Shown one piece after another: positions 32,245-40,997 of a DNA stretch of 64,000 nucleotides (position 1 is its first letter; each line of letters opens with the position of its first letter). Made by a program: the position numbers and the translations under genes. Under the pieces are notes generated by a model. That model worked only from the letters and a program-made list of their open reading frames with translations. It was not told the origin of the DNA and did no database searches. The DNA comes from Trueperaceae bacterium (lineage in GTDB: Bacteria; Deinococcota; Deinococci; Deinococcales; Trueperaceae). The stretch lies in contig JAXHLW010000013.1 in assembly GCA_034521815.1 (NCBI GenBank), positions 1,632,001-1,696,000 of the forward strand, in the 5' to 3' direction.

Positions 32245-32901
32245 TCAGTCCGCGTCGGCCTCCAGCGCCGCGACCCGGCGTTCGAGCGCGTCCACCCGGT
32301 CGAGGAGCTGCTGGACCAGCGGCGACGGTTCGGCGTCCGACGCGGTCGACGACGCCTCCGTGTCGGGCCCCCGATCGCTAGCGGCGCGCACGCGCGGCTG
32401 CATCGCCGTCTCGTCGCTACCAAGCGTCTGCGTCCAACGATCCTGACTCTGGCCCGGCCGCCGGCCTCGGTTGCGGACGAGCGGCGTCGGTCGCTCGGCC
32501 AGTCGCGCCAGCGTGGCGAGCACCGTGTCCACGTCGGGGAACTGGACGTACCGCTCGGTCCGGGTCCGCAGCTCGCCGGCCGTCTGCGATCCGCGCAGCA
32601 TCAGGACCGCCATCAAGGCCGCTTCGCGCGCCGTGAGCGAAAGCGCGTCGGTGAAGCGTTGCCGGTGCTTCGGGACCCGCTCGCCGCTGGCGCGGACCGT
32701 GGCGGCGAGTCCCCGGTCGCGTAGCTGCTGCAGTCCCTCCTCCACCTCTCTGAGGTGTAGATCCATGACCGGCTCGCGCGCGGTGCGCTGATTGCACGCC
32801 GCGACCAGCGCTTGGGTCGAGAGCGGATAGGCGTCCGGGGTGGTGCGCTCCTTCTCGAGCAGAGAGCCCAGGACGCGGAGAGCGGGATCCGAGAGGGGCA
32901 T
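32245..32901 (-). CDS. yceH: YceH / DUF480 family protein
   Basis: RVLGSLLEKERTTPDAYPLS..ACNQRTAREPVM, LMLRGSQTAGELRTR. Confidence 0.9.
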   Translation of the reverse strand: MPLSDPALRVLGSLLEKERTTPDAYPLSTQALVAACNQRTAREPVMDLHLREVEEGLQQLRDRGLAATVRASGERVPKHRQRFTDALSLTAREAALMAVLMLRGSQTAGELRTRTERYVQFPDVDTVLATLARLAERPTPLVRNRGRRPGQSQDRWTQTLGSDETAMQPRVRAASDRGPDTEASSTASDAEPSPLVQQLLDRVDALERRVAALEADAD

Positions 32902-33039
32902 GGGGGCGACGATAGGCCATTTCGCGCGGCGACGTCCGACCTGGGCGACGCCGCACGGGCGCAGCCCTGCACGAGCGCAGCCCCGCACGGGCGCGCGGCC
33001 GTACGGGGCTGGCGTGAACGCTGACGACGGGCGTGCGCG

Positions 33040-34362
33040 TTACAGGTCGCAGACCACCCGGTTGCCGGTGCCTTCGTCGCGAACGGTGGCGGCGTCCGTG
33101 CACACGACCGTCGTATCCTGACTTCCCGGGCCCAGCACGATCATCGCCTCGCTGGCCGTCAACCCCGCGAAGTCGTTCGCCGCGACCAGCCACCTCGCGA
33201 CGGGCGGCGCGGGCTCGTCGTCCGGCGTGACGCCGATCGCGATCGCGGCGCGTGCGGAGCCCTGCATCACGTTGTCGTGCACGATCGCGCCGACGGTGTG
33301 CTGGCTGAGCACGCCCGTCGCGTCGCCGGACAGCTCGAACAGGTTGCCGCGAACGATGGCGCGGAGCGTATCGGCGCCCTCGGCCCCGTCGAGGCCCACG
33401 CCGAACCGTTCCGGCCCGCGAACCTCGTTTCCGTGGATCAGCATCGTGCTGAGCGCCTCGGGGACCGCCCACGAGCCTTGGATGACCTCGACGCCGATAT
33501 CGACGTCGTCCATCACGTTGCCGCGGATCTCGACCGTGGAGCCCGTCAGGTCCTGCGTGTCCATGCCGGCGATCAGATCCTCGTAGCGGTTGCCTGTGAC
33601 CAGCACCTGGGCGCCGATGAGGTTGAACAGCGGCGAGCCGTACGCGACGTGCCGGAACGTGCTGTCTCGGACCGTGAACGTGCCGCGCAGCGGTCGCGTC
33701 GGATTGCCCTCCTCGTCCGGCAGCAGGCCTTCGATGTAGACGCCGTTGATGATGTTGTACCCCTCGAACCCGCCGTCCGCTCCTTCGACGGTGATGCGCT
33801 CCAGGGTGGCGTCGGCGCGCTCGCCCGTGACCACCAGGCTGGACGCCATCACCGTGAACTCCATCCCGAACAGCGTCCACGGGTGGGCGGGCTCAGGCGC
33901 CGCCATCCGGAACGTCAGGTCCGACACGGTGACGTCGCCCCCCACGAACGTGACGTGGAACGGCCAGGGATTCTCGGGCGAGGGCGGCCGGCCGATCGCC
34001 ACCTCGTCCTGCGACACGGTGAACCGCTCGAACGGCTCGAGGACCGTCACGTCCTGGCCGGCGCCCCGGAACGTGCCACGGAAGTCGTGCACGAGCAGCT
34101 GCTGGGTTCGGAACGTGCCTTCGCCCAGCGCGACGGTGCAGTCCGGACCGAACGTGACGCAGGCGTCCAGGGCGGCCTGCACGGCGGCGGTGTCGTCACC
34201 GCCGCTGGGCTCCAGGGCGATCGTGCGCGTCTGGGCGTCGACGCGCTGGGCGAAGGCGGGAGCGGTCGAGAGGGCGAGCAGAGCGAGGCAGACGACGACG
34301 AGGAGCGGACGGAGACGGCGGACCGAGGGGGACGGGAACGGCGGGCGAGACACATCGATCAC
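33040..34362 (-). CDS. Secreted right-handed parallel beta-helix (pectin-lyase-like/NosD) protein
   Basis: Signal peptide (PAFAQ), DDTAAVQAALD, repeated VxGN/IxGN strands. Confidence 0.7.
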   Translation of the reverse strand: MIDVSRPPFPSPSVRRLRPLLVVVCLALLALSTAPAFAQRVDAQTRTIALEPSGGDDTAAVQAALDACVTFGPDCTVALGEGTFRTQQLLVHDFRGTFRGAGQDVTVLEPFERFTVSQDEVAIGRPPSPENPWPFHVTFVGGDVTVSDLTFRMAAPEPAHPWTLFGMEFTVMASSLVVTGERADATLERITVEGADGGFEGYNIINGVYIEGLLPDEEGNPTRPLRGTFTVRDSTFRHVAYGSPLFNLIGAQVLVTGNRYEDLIAGMDTQDLTGSTVEIRGNVMDDVDIGVEVIQGSWAVPEALSTMLIHGNEVRGPERFGVGLDGAEGADTLRAIVRGNLFELSGDATGVLSQHTVGAIVHDNVMQGSARAAIAIGVTPDDEPAPPVARWLVAANDFAGLTASEAMIVLGPGSQDTTVVCTDAATVRDEGTGNRVVCDL

Positions 34363-34593
34363 CTCCGGGACGACGCTAGTCGGACCGGCGTTACGCCCGC
34401 GTTAGGTCGATCGGCGAAGAAGCGCGGCAAGAAGAAGCGCGGCAAAAGGTGCCGACCGCGCTCTGTTCGATGGCGTGGAAGGATCGTCGCGACGCGCATC
34501 CGACGATAACGGTCGCATCACGGTCGCCGGGCAATGCTTGGCCAGTACGCCGTCGGTCCTCTACCCCTCGTCCCTCGCGAACGGAGCTCCTCG

Positions 34594-35106
34594 ATGCGCC
34601 GAAACGCCCTGCCTCTCATTCTGATTGCCTTCCTTCTGACCGCCGCGGCCCTCGCCCAGGACGTCCAGTACGCCGTCGCCTTCGAGTCCGTCGGCGGCGA
34701 CCCCGTCGCCAGCGACAGCTTCGCGTCCGGCGACGTGGTGGTCCTGCGCGTCGATCTCCACAACGGAAGCGACGCTGCGTTGGAGCCGGGCGCCTTCTGG
34801 GTGGCGTTCCCGCCGGTCGAGGGCGCGACCCTGTTCGGCAACTCCGGTGGTGGATTCAGCTTCCCCGATCGCATGGTCGATGCGGACGGCCAGGACGTGA
34901 TGGTCGACTGGGGTGGCGGAGCGGGCCTGACGCAGCTCCACGAGCTGTCCGACCCGCTCGCGCCGGGCGACACCGCGTCGCTGGTCCTCCAGGTCACCGT
35001 CCTGTCGTCGCGCAACTCGCTGGACGACCTCCTGAGCGAGACGCGTCTTCTGAACGCTGCCGACGAGCCGCTCGGCACGCTGGTGGACGAGGTGACGGTG
35101 CGCTGA
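34594..35106 (+). CDS. Secreted hypothetical protein (beta-rich)
   Basis: Signal peptide MRRNALPLILIAFLLTAAALA-Q; GGAG RBS. Confidence 0.7.
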   Translation: MRRNALPLILIAFLLTAAALAQDVQYAVAFESVGGDPVASDSFASGDVVVLRVDLHNGSDAALEPGAFWVAFPPVEGATLFGNSGGGFSFPDRMVDADGQDVMVDWGGGAGLTQLHELSDPLAPGDTASLVLQVTVLSSRNSLDDLLSETRLLNAADEPLGTLVDEVTVR

Positions 35107-35153
35107 AGCGTGCCCTGAGGGACAGGTCGCGCCGCATGCCGGTCGGCGCGTCC

Positions 35154-35678
35154 TCAGCGCTTTCGGGCCGCCGCGGCGTAGATGTCGCGGGGTCCGTACC
35201 GCGACCGCGTCCGTCCCACCTCGCGCACGTCGACGAGCCCGAGGGTTCGCGCGAGCTCCGCGAAGCGCGCGAACGAGACCGGATGCGGGATCCACGGCGT
35301 GCCGCGGTCCAGGTCGTACTCCACGAGCAGGAGCGTGCCGGTGGACCGGACACGCTCGAGAACCGGACGGAGGACGGTCTCCGCGTCGCGCGCGAAGTGA
35401 AGCGCGTTGGCCATCGAGACGCCGTCCAGGAGCGGCAACGCCAGGGGCTTCGCGAAATCGGCGCGGAGCGCGCGGATCTCCGCGCTCTTCGCGCCCGCGT
35501 CGCGCCCAAGGGCGTTCACGCTCGCCTGCCGATCCACGGCGATCACGACGCCCGCCTCGCCCAGAAGATCGGCCAGCGCGCGCGTGAACACGCCGCTGCC
35601 CGCTCCCAGGTCCGCCCAGGTGCCGCCCGACGACGGAACGCCGTCCCGGATCAGCGCCACGGCGTCTTCGTGGGTCAC
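35154..35678 (-). CDS. Class I SAM-dependent methyltransferase
   Basis: WADLGAGSG, VIAVD, MANALHF, LLLVEYD. Confidence 0.85.
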   Translation of the reverse strand: MTHEDAVALIRDGVPSSGGTWADLGAGSGVFTRALADLLGEAGVVIAVDRQASVNALGRDAGAKSAEIRALRADFAKPLALPLLDGVSMANALHFARDAETVLRPVLERVRSTGTLLLVEYDLDRGTPWIPHPVSFARFAELARTLGLVDVREVGRTRSRYGPRDIYAAAARKR

Positions 35679-35700
35679 GACGCGGCCCCTGGAACCGTCG

Positions 35701-36906
35701 TCACGTTCCGTTCCCGTCGCGGTCGCTGCGCCACGGCTGCGCCGTGCCGTACGTGAGGCTCCGCCACGCCCACTCCGCAGGCCCGAACCGGAATCGCTGG
35801 AGCCACCAGCGAGCGGCCACGACCTGGACGGCGAACAGGCCCAGCGCGATCGGAAGGCCCACGGTGGGGCCGACACGGCCGTAGAGGCCGAGCCCGTAGC
35901 CGTAGAACAGGAGCGTCATGACGATCGACTGGCTCAGGTAGACCGTGAGCGCCATCCGGCCTGCGGCCGCGAGCGCGCGCTCGATCCCGACCGCCCAGCC
36001 GGGCCGACGCGGCGCCGTGAACGCCAACGTGGCGAGGCCGAGGTACGCGAAGCCCAGGACGGGTCCGCCGAGCGAGGTCGACAGCACCAGCCGGAACGTC
36101 TCCCCCTCCCCCAGCAGGCGCGAGGCGTAGATCGCCTTGAGCGCGAGGCCGACGGGGAGCGCCACCGCGACGCCCCTGCGCCATGCGCGCCGCACGTCCT
36201 CCGAGGCGCCGGCGCGCTCGAACGCACGGCTCTTGGCCAGCGCCGCGCCGATCAGGAAGAGGCCCAGCACCGAGGGGAGATACGCGACGGCGGACGCCAC
36301 GACGTCCACTCCCTGCTCCAGCCGCGCCCCAAGGATCTGTCCGAACCCACCGTTCTGGTAGAGCTCCACCCACGGGTGCGGGCTGGAGGATGCGGGATCA
36401 CCGCCGGAGGTCGCGCCGAGGAAGAGCAGGACGCCCACCACCCACGAGCCTGCGCCCGCTAGCGCCAAGCCGCGGGCCCGCACGGTCGCGAAGGGGAGCA
36501 GCACGAACCCGATCAGCGCGTACTGCGTCAGGATGTCGCCGACCCAGACGCCGAACAGGTGCACCGCGCCGATGACGAGGAGCCACCCCAGCCGCCGGGC
36601 GAATCGCGGCGTGGCGTCGTCGCCCCGGTCGCGGATCCAGCGTCCGAAGCCCCAGCCGAACAAGACGCTGAAGATGGTGTAGAACGCGCCCTCGGCGAGG
36701 ACGAGGACGCCCCACTCGAGCCAGCGATCCGCACCCGACCACCACGTCAGCGGTTCGGCGTACAGGAACGACGGTCCGCTGAACGCCAGGAGGTTGACGA
36801 TCAGGATTCCGAACAGCGCCACGCCCCGCAGCGCGTCGACGTGCATGAGCCGGTCGCGGCCGCGCACGGGGCGGCCTGGCGTCGTCGCCGTGGTCGGCGG
36901 AGTCAC
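35701..36906 (-). CDS. DUF418 (YeiB-like) membrane protein
   Basis: VDALRGVALFGILIVN, FYTIFSVLFG.GF, GDIL..YA, GRMALTVYLSQS, FRFGPAEWAWR.LTYG; leaderless GTG. Confidence 0.9.
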   Translation of the reverse strand: MTPPTTATTPGRPVRGRDRLMHVDALRGVALFGILIVNLLAFSGPSFLYAEPLTWWSGADRWLEWGVLVLAEGAFYTIFSVLFGWGFGRWIRDRGDDATPRFARRLGWLLVIGAVHLFGVWVGDILTQYALIGFVLLPFATVRARGLALAGAGSWVVGVLLFLGATSGGDPASSSPHPWVELYQNGGFGQILGARLEQGVDVVASAVAYLPSVLGLFLIGAALAKSRAFERAGASEDVRRAWRRGVAVALPVGLALKAIYASRLLGEGETFRLVLSTSLGGPVLGFAYLGLATLAFTAPRRPGWAVGIERALAAAGRMALTVYLSQSIVMTLLFYGYGLGLYGRVGPTVGLPIALGLFAVQVVAARWWLQRFRFGPAEWAWRSLTYGTAQPWRSDRDGNGT

Positions 36907-37054
36907 CGGAGCAGCGTAGCGTCCATCCATGGGCGCGCTCGTGTCGCGCCGCCGGACGCCGAGATCCAGCTTCGCGGAGAGACGGTTTGGAGGGGCGGCT
37001 CCCGAGCGTTGGCCGCGTGTTGCCAGGCGTGGGGCGATCCCCCTAAACTCGTTC

Positions 37055-40000
37055 ATGGGTCCGTACGTGGTACTGCTCGGCACTCCTTCGATCGAGCGCC
37101 ACGGGAAGCGCATCGAGCTGCCGCCGGGCAAGCTCTCGGCGCTCCTCCTCTACCTCGCCTACGGGACGGGGTGGGCGAGCCGCGACGAGGTGCTCTACCT
37201 CCTCTACCCCGACATGGACGAGCGCCGGGCGCGGGGCAACCTGCGGCCCCTCCTCACCCGGCTGCGGCGCCTGCCCTACGCCGAAGGGCTCGAGATCGAG
37301 CCGACGCGGCTACGGTGGGAGGTCCACACGGACGTCGCCGCATTCCGCGAGGCACTGCGCCTTGATGCGCCGGCGCATGCCGTGGAGCTCTACGGAGGCG
37401 AGCTGTTGGCGGGGTTCCACCTCCCCAACGCACCGGAGTACGAGAGCTGGCTGACGTTCGAGCGGACGGATCTGCGGGAGGCGTGGCGCCGGGCGTCGCT
37501 CGACGTCGCCGCCCGGCTCGAGGAGGACGGACGCGCCGAGGAGGCCGCCGGCGTCCTGGACCGGTTGCAGAAGGACGATCCGCTCGACGAGGAGGTGGTC
37601 CGCCGGTCACTGACGGCGTTGGCTCGTGCGGACCGGCCGAACGACGCGGTGCGCGCGTACGGAGCCTTCGAGCTCCGTCTGCGACGGGAGGTGGACGGGG
37701 AGCCCGAGGAGGCGACGCGCGCGATCGTGCAGGAGATCCGGAGCGGTGGGACGCCCGGAGGCCCGGCCGCCGCGCGGGCGGCGCCACGCCGGCCGCCCGC
37801 GGTCCTACCCACGCCGCCGACCGAGTTCATCGGGCGGGAGCGGGAGGTGGCCGAGATCAGCGGACGGCTGCGCGATCCCGCCTGCCGCTTGCTGTCGATC
37901 GTCGCCGCCGGCGGGATGGGCAAGACCCGAGTGGCGGCCGAGGTGGCGCGCCGTCTCGCGGACGACCATCACGACGGCGTCTTCTTCGTGGCCCTCGAGG
38001 CGGCGAGATCGGCCGGGCAAGCCGTGACCGCCGTCGCCGACGCCATGGCGCTAGCGTTCTTCGGGCCGCGCACCCCGCTCGACCAGCTCCTCGACCACCT
38101 CGCGGACAAGCGCCTGCTCCTCGTGCTGGACAACTTCGAGCACCTCCTCGACGACCCCGAGGGCACGGAGCTGGTGACGGGCCTGCTGGCGCGGGCCCCG
38201 GGCGCGAGCGTGCTGACCACCTCGCGCGAGCGCCTGAACCTGCGGGCCGAGTGGGTCCACGACCTCGACCCCATGGAGCTCCCTGGAAACGAAGACGCGC
38301 AACGCGACGCCGACGCGGTCGTTCTCTTCCTGCAGTCGGCGCTGCGGGCGGGCGTGGACGCCGAGCCGGACCTTCCCGACGTCGTCCGGGTGTGTCGTCT
38401 CACGGGCGGCATGCCGCTCGCCCTGGAGCTGGCGGCGAGCTGGCTGCGGGCCCTCACCGTCGCGGAGATCGCCGAGGAGCTCGGCGGCGGCATCGGCCTG
38501 CTCGCGTCGCCCCTGCGCGACCTGCCCGAGCGGCACCACAGCCTGCGCGGCATGTTCGACGCGTCCTGGCGGCGACTCTCGGAGCGGGAGCGAGGGGCCC
38601 TGCGGCGACTGGCGACGTTCCACGGGGGATTCCGACGGGAGGCGGCGCAGGCCGTGGCGGACGTGAGCCTGCCGCTCCTGCTCACGCTGGCCAACCGGTC
38701 GTTCCTGCGACGGGACGGGACCGGCCGGTTCACGCAGCACCCGCTCATGTGGCAGTACCTCCGAGACGCGGCCCTAGAGGACGAGGCGACCCGCGACACG
38801 GCCGCCCGACACGCCGCCTACTACGCCGCCTTCCTGCATGAGCGCGAGGCGGGCCTGCGCGGCCTCGAAGCACGACGAGTACGTGACGAGATCGGCAGCG
38901 AGCTGCCGAACGTGCGCGCCGCGTGGGCGTGGGCGATCGCCGCGGAGCGGGAGGACCTCCTCGACCTGGCGGCGGAGGGACTCTACATCTACTGCAACGA
39001 CGAGGGTCGCTACCACGAGTCCGAAGCCCTCTTCGCGGCGGGGGTCGACGCCGTCGGCGCCGCCGGGCGAGTGGCGGGGCGGCTCCGCCTCTTCCTGGGG
39101 GGCGCCCACAATTTCCTCGCACGGCCGGACCTCGTGATTCCTGGACTCGAGAAGGCCTCGGCCGTGCTCGCGACCGCGGGCGCGAAACGCGACGAAGCCA
39201 TGGCGCAGATACTCCTGTGGTCCGGCTACTGGATGGCGGACCGCCCGTTCGAGACGTCCGCGTCCGCCGCCCGGCGGGCCCTGCGGCTCTTCGCCGAGGC
39301 GGGCGACCGGGCGGGCGAGGCGGAGGTGATCGGCCTGCTGGCCGAATACACCGAGGATCCGGTCGCCGCGGAGGAGGAGTTCCGGGCCAGCCTGCGCGGG
39401 TTCGAGGCGTCCGGGGCGTGCTTCGCCGTCCTGGGCGGGGTCAGCTTGACCCTGAGCAACTACGCGCTCTTCCTCGGCCAGGTCCACGGCGCGTACGGCC
39501 GCGCTCACGCACTGCTCGACGAGGCCGTCCGCGTGGCACGGCTCCGCGCGGAGCCCTACAGCGTCGCCTGGTACCTCAACAACCAGGCGCACACGCTGAT
39601 CGAAGCGGGATCCTGGGACGAGGCGGCGCGACGGCTCCTCGAGGCGCGCACCGCCGCCGAAGGGCTCGCCTCCGGCTGGGGAACCTGGACGCTCGTCGAC
39701 GCGTTGTACGGATCGGGGCGGATCGCGCTCCTGCGCGGCGAGCACGCCGACGCGAGGCGCCATTTGACCCGCGCGCAGGAGCGGATCGCGACGCACGGGG
39801 ATCCGTTGGGAACGGGAGGCCAGATTCGCGTCGCTCTGGCAGATCTCGCGCTCGCGGAGGGTCGCCCCGACGAGGCCGAGGAGCAGGGCGAGGAGGCGCT
39901 GAGGCACTTCCTCACGCTCGGGCTCCAGAGCGGCATCCGCGAGTGGGGCAAGGCGGACTGCCTCGTCCGGCTCGGCTCGGTCGGCCTCGCGCAGAAGCAT

Positions 40001-40303
40001 GCGTCCGCCGCGGCCGAGCGCTTCGACGCGGCGCTCGCGATCGTCGAGCGCTGGCACCTGCTGCCCCTCGCGCTGCAGCTCGCCGTGGCGGTCGCCCCGT
40101 TCCTCCGCGCGGCTGACCGGGCCACCGAGCACGAGCGCCTCCTGCACCTCGCAGCGGCCTGTCCCGCCAGCACCCGCGAGACGCGGGAGGCCGCGGCGCG
40201 CGCGCTGGGGCGACCCACCGTGGCTGCGGGGCCCGACGAGCCCACCCTTCTCGGTCCCCTCATCGCGGAGCTTCGCGAGGTCGTGCGGGCGATGCGACGG
40301 TGA
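37055..40303 (+). CDS. AfsR/SARP-like regulator: wHTH + BTAD + NB-ARC (STAND) ATPase + TPR
   Basis: LLLYLA..SRDEV..LLYPD, YGGELL.GF..YESWL..ER, DPLDE, PTEFIGRERE, GGMGKT, LLLVLDNFEHL, GMPLALELAA; leaderless TAAACT-5nt-ATG. Confidence 0.9.
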   Translation: MGPYVVLLGTPSIERHGKRIELPPGKLSALLLYLAYGTGWASRDEVLYLLYPDMDERRARGNLRPLLTRLRRLPYAEGLEIEPTRLRWEVHTDVAAFREALRLDAPAHAVELYGGELLAGFHLPNAPEYESWLTFERTDLREAWRRASLDVAARLEEDGRAEEAAGVLDRLQKDDPLDEEVVRRSLTALARADRPNDAVRAYGAFELRLRREVDGEPEEATRAIVQEIRSGGTPGGPAAARAAPRRPPAVLPTPPTEFIGREREVAEISGRLRDPACRLLSIVAAGGMGKTRVAAEVARRLADDHHDGVFFVALEAARSAGQAVTAVADAMALAFFGPRTPLDQLLDHLADKRLLLVLDNFEHLLDDPEGTELVTGLLARAPGASVLTTSRERLNLRAEWVHDLDPMELPGNEDAQRDADAVVLFLQSALRAGVDAEPDLPDVVRVCRLTGGMPLALELAASWLRALTVAEIAEELGGGIGLLASPLRDLPERHHSLRGMFDASWRRLSERERGALRRLATFHGGFRREAAQAVADVSLPLLLTLANRSFLRRDGTGRFTQHPLMWQYLRDAALEDEATRDTAARHAAYYAAFLHEREAGLRGLEARRVRDEIGSELPNVRAAWAWAIAAEREDLLDLAAEGLYIYCNDEGRYHESEALFAAGVDAVGAAGRVAGRLRLFLGGAHNFLARPDLVIPGLEKASAVLATAGAKRDEAMAQILLWSGYWMADRPFETSASAARRALRLFAEAGDRAGEAEVIGLLAEYTEDPVAAEEEFRASLRGFEASGACFAVLGGVSLTLSNYALFLGQVHGAYGRAHALLDEAVRVARLRAEPYSVAWYLNNQAHTLIEAGSWDEAARRLLEARTAAEGLASGWGTWTLVDALYGSGRIALLRGEHADARRHLTRAQERIATHGDPLGTGGQIRVALADLALAEGRPDEAEEQGEEALRHFLTLGLQSGIREWGKADCLVRLGSVGLAQKHASAAAERFDAALAIVERWHLLPLALQLAVAVAPFLRAADRATEHERLLHLAAACPASTRETREAAARALGRPTVAAGPDEPTLLGPLIAELREVVRAMRR

Positions 40304-40497
40304 GGCCGGCCTGCTCGCCCGGATCGTTCCCGACGTAGCGCCGAGCACCCTCGACATCCTCGACGTGCCTAACCGTTGGCCTTACCACCCGCGCGATTTC
40401 CCGAACCTTTGGGGGTCGAGTATGCTACCGTTCGGTCAAGCATCAATGCATATTCTCTAGCGTACTTGCAACGGGTCGAGATGCGTGAGGAGGAGCT

Positions 40498-40986
40498 ATG
40501 AAGGTGATCAGTCGTCGCAGCGTCTTGAAGGCTGGGGTCGCAGGTGCCGTTTTCGTGGCGCTGGGCCCCTCCTTCGCCCAGGAGTATCCCGAAGACTATC
40601 CGCTGACGGTCATCGGCAACGCCAACGATCTGGAGGTCGGACAGGCGGTCTACTTCACGTATCCCGACGGGCAGTCGCAGGGCATCTTGGTCAAGCTCGG
40701 CCAGGAGGCGCTCGCGGGGGTCGGTCCGGAGCGCGACATCGTCGCCTACTCCGCCGCGTGCACCCACATGGGCTGCGGCGTGCAGTTCAAACAAGGGCGC
40801 TTCGTCTGCCCCTGCCACAACTCGATGTTCGATCCGGCCGTGAACGGCCAGGTCTATCAGGGGCTGGCCACGACGTACCTGCCTCAGATCGGCCTCGCGC
40901 TCGACGAGGGAACCGGTGATCTTTCGGCGGCGTTCGTCGAAGGGGTCATCTGGGGCCGCGTCGACAACGTGCTTCCCCAGGATTAA
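40498..40986 (+). CDS. aioB: Arsenite oxidase small Rieske subunit with Tat signal
   Basis: SRRSVLK Tat motif; GVGPERDIVAYS..CTHMGC...CPCHNSMFD; GLATTYLPQI. Confidence 0.92.
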   Translation: MKVISRRSVLKAGVAGAVFVALGPSFAQEYPEDYPLTVIGNANDLEVGQAVYFTYPDGQSQGILVKLGQEALAGVGPERDIVAYSAACTHMGCGVQFKQGRFVCPCHNSMFDPAVNGQVYQGLATTYLPQIGLALDEGTGDLSAAFVEGVIWGRVDNVLPQD

Positions 40987-40997
40987 GGAGCGCTGCG

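Noticed and set aside
35154-35678. ArsM arsenite methyltransferase next to the aio module
   Set aside because: Only ~175 aa and contains no Cys, which ArsM requires.
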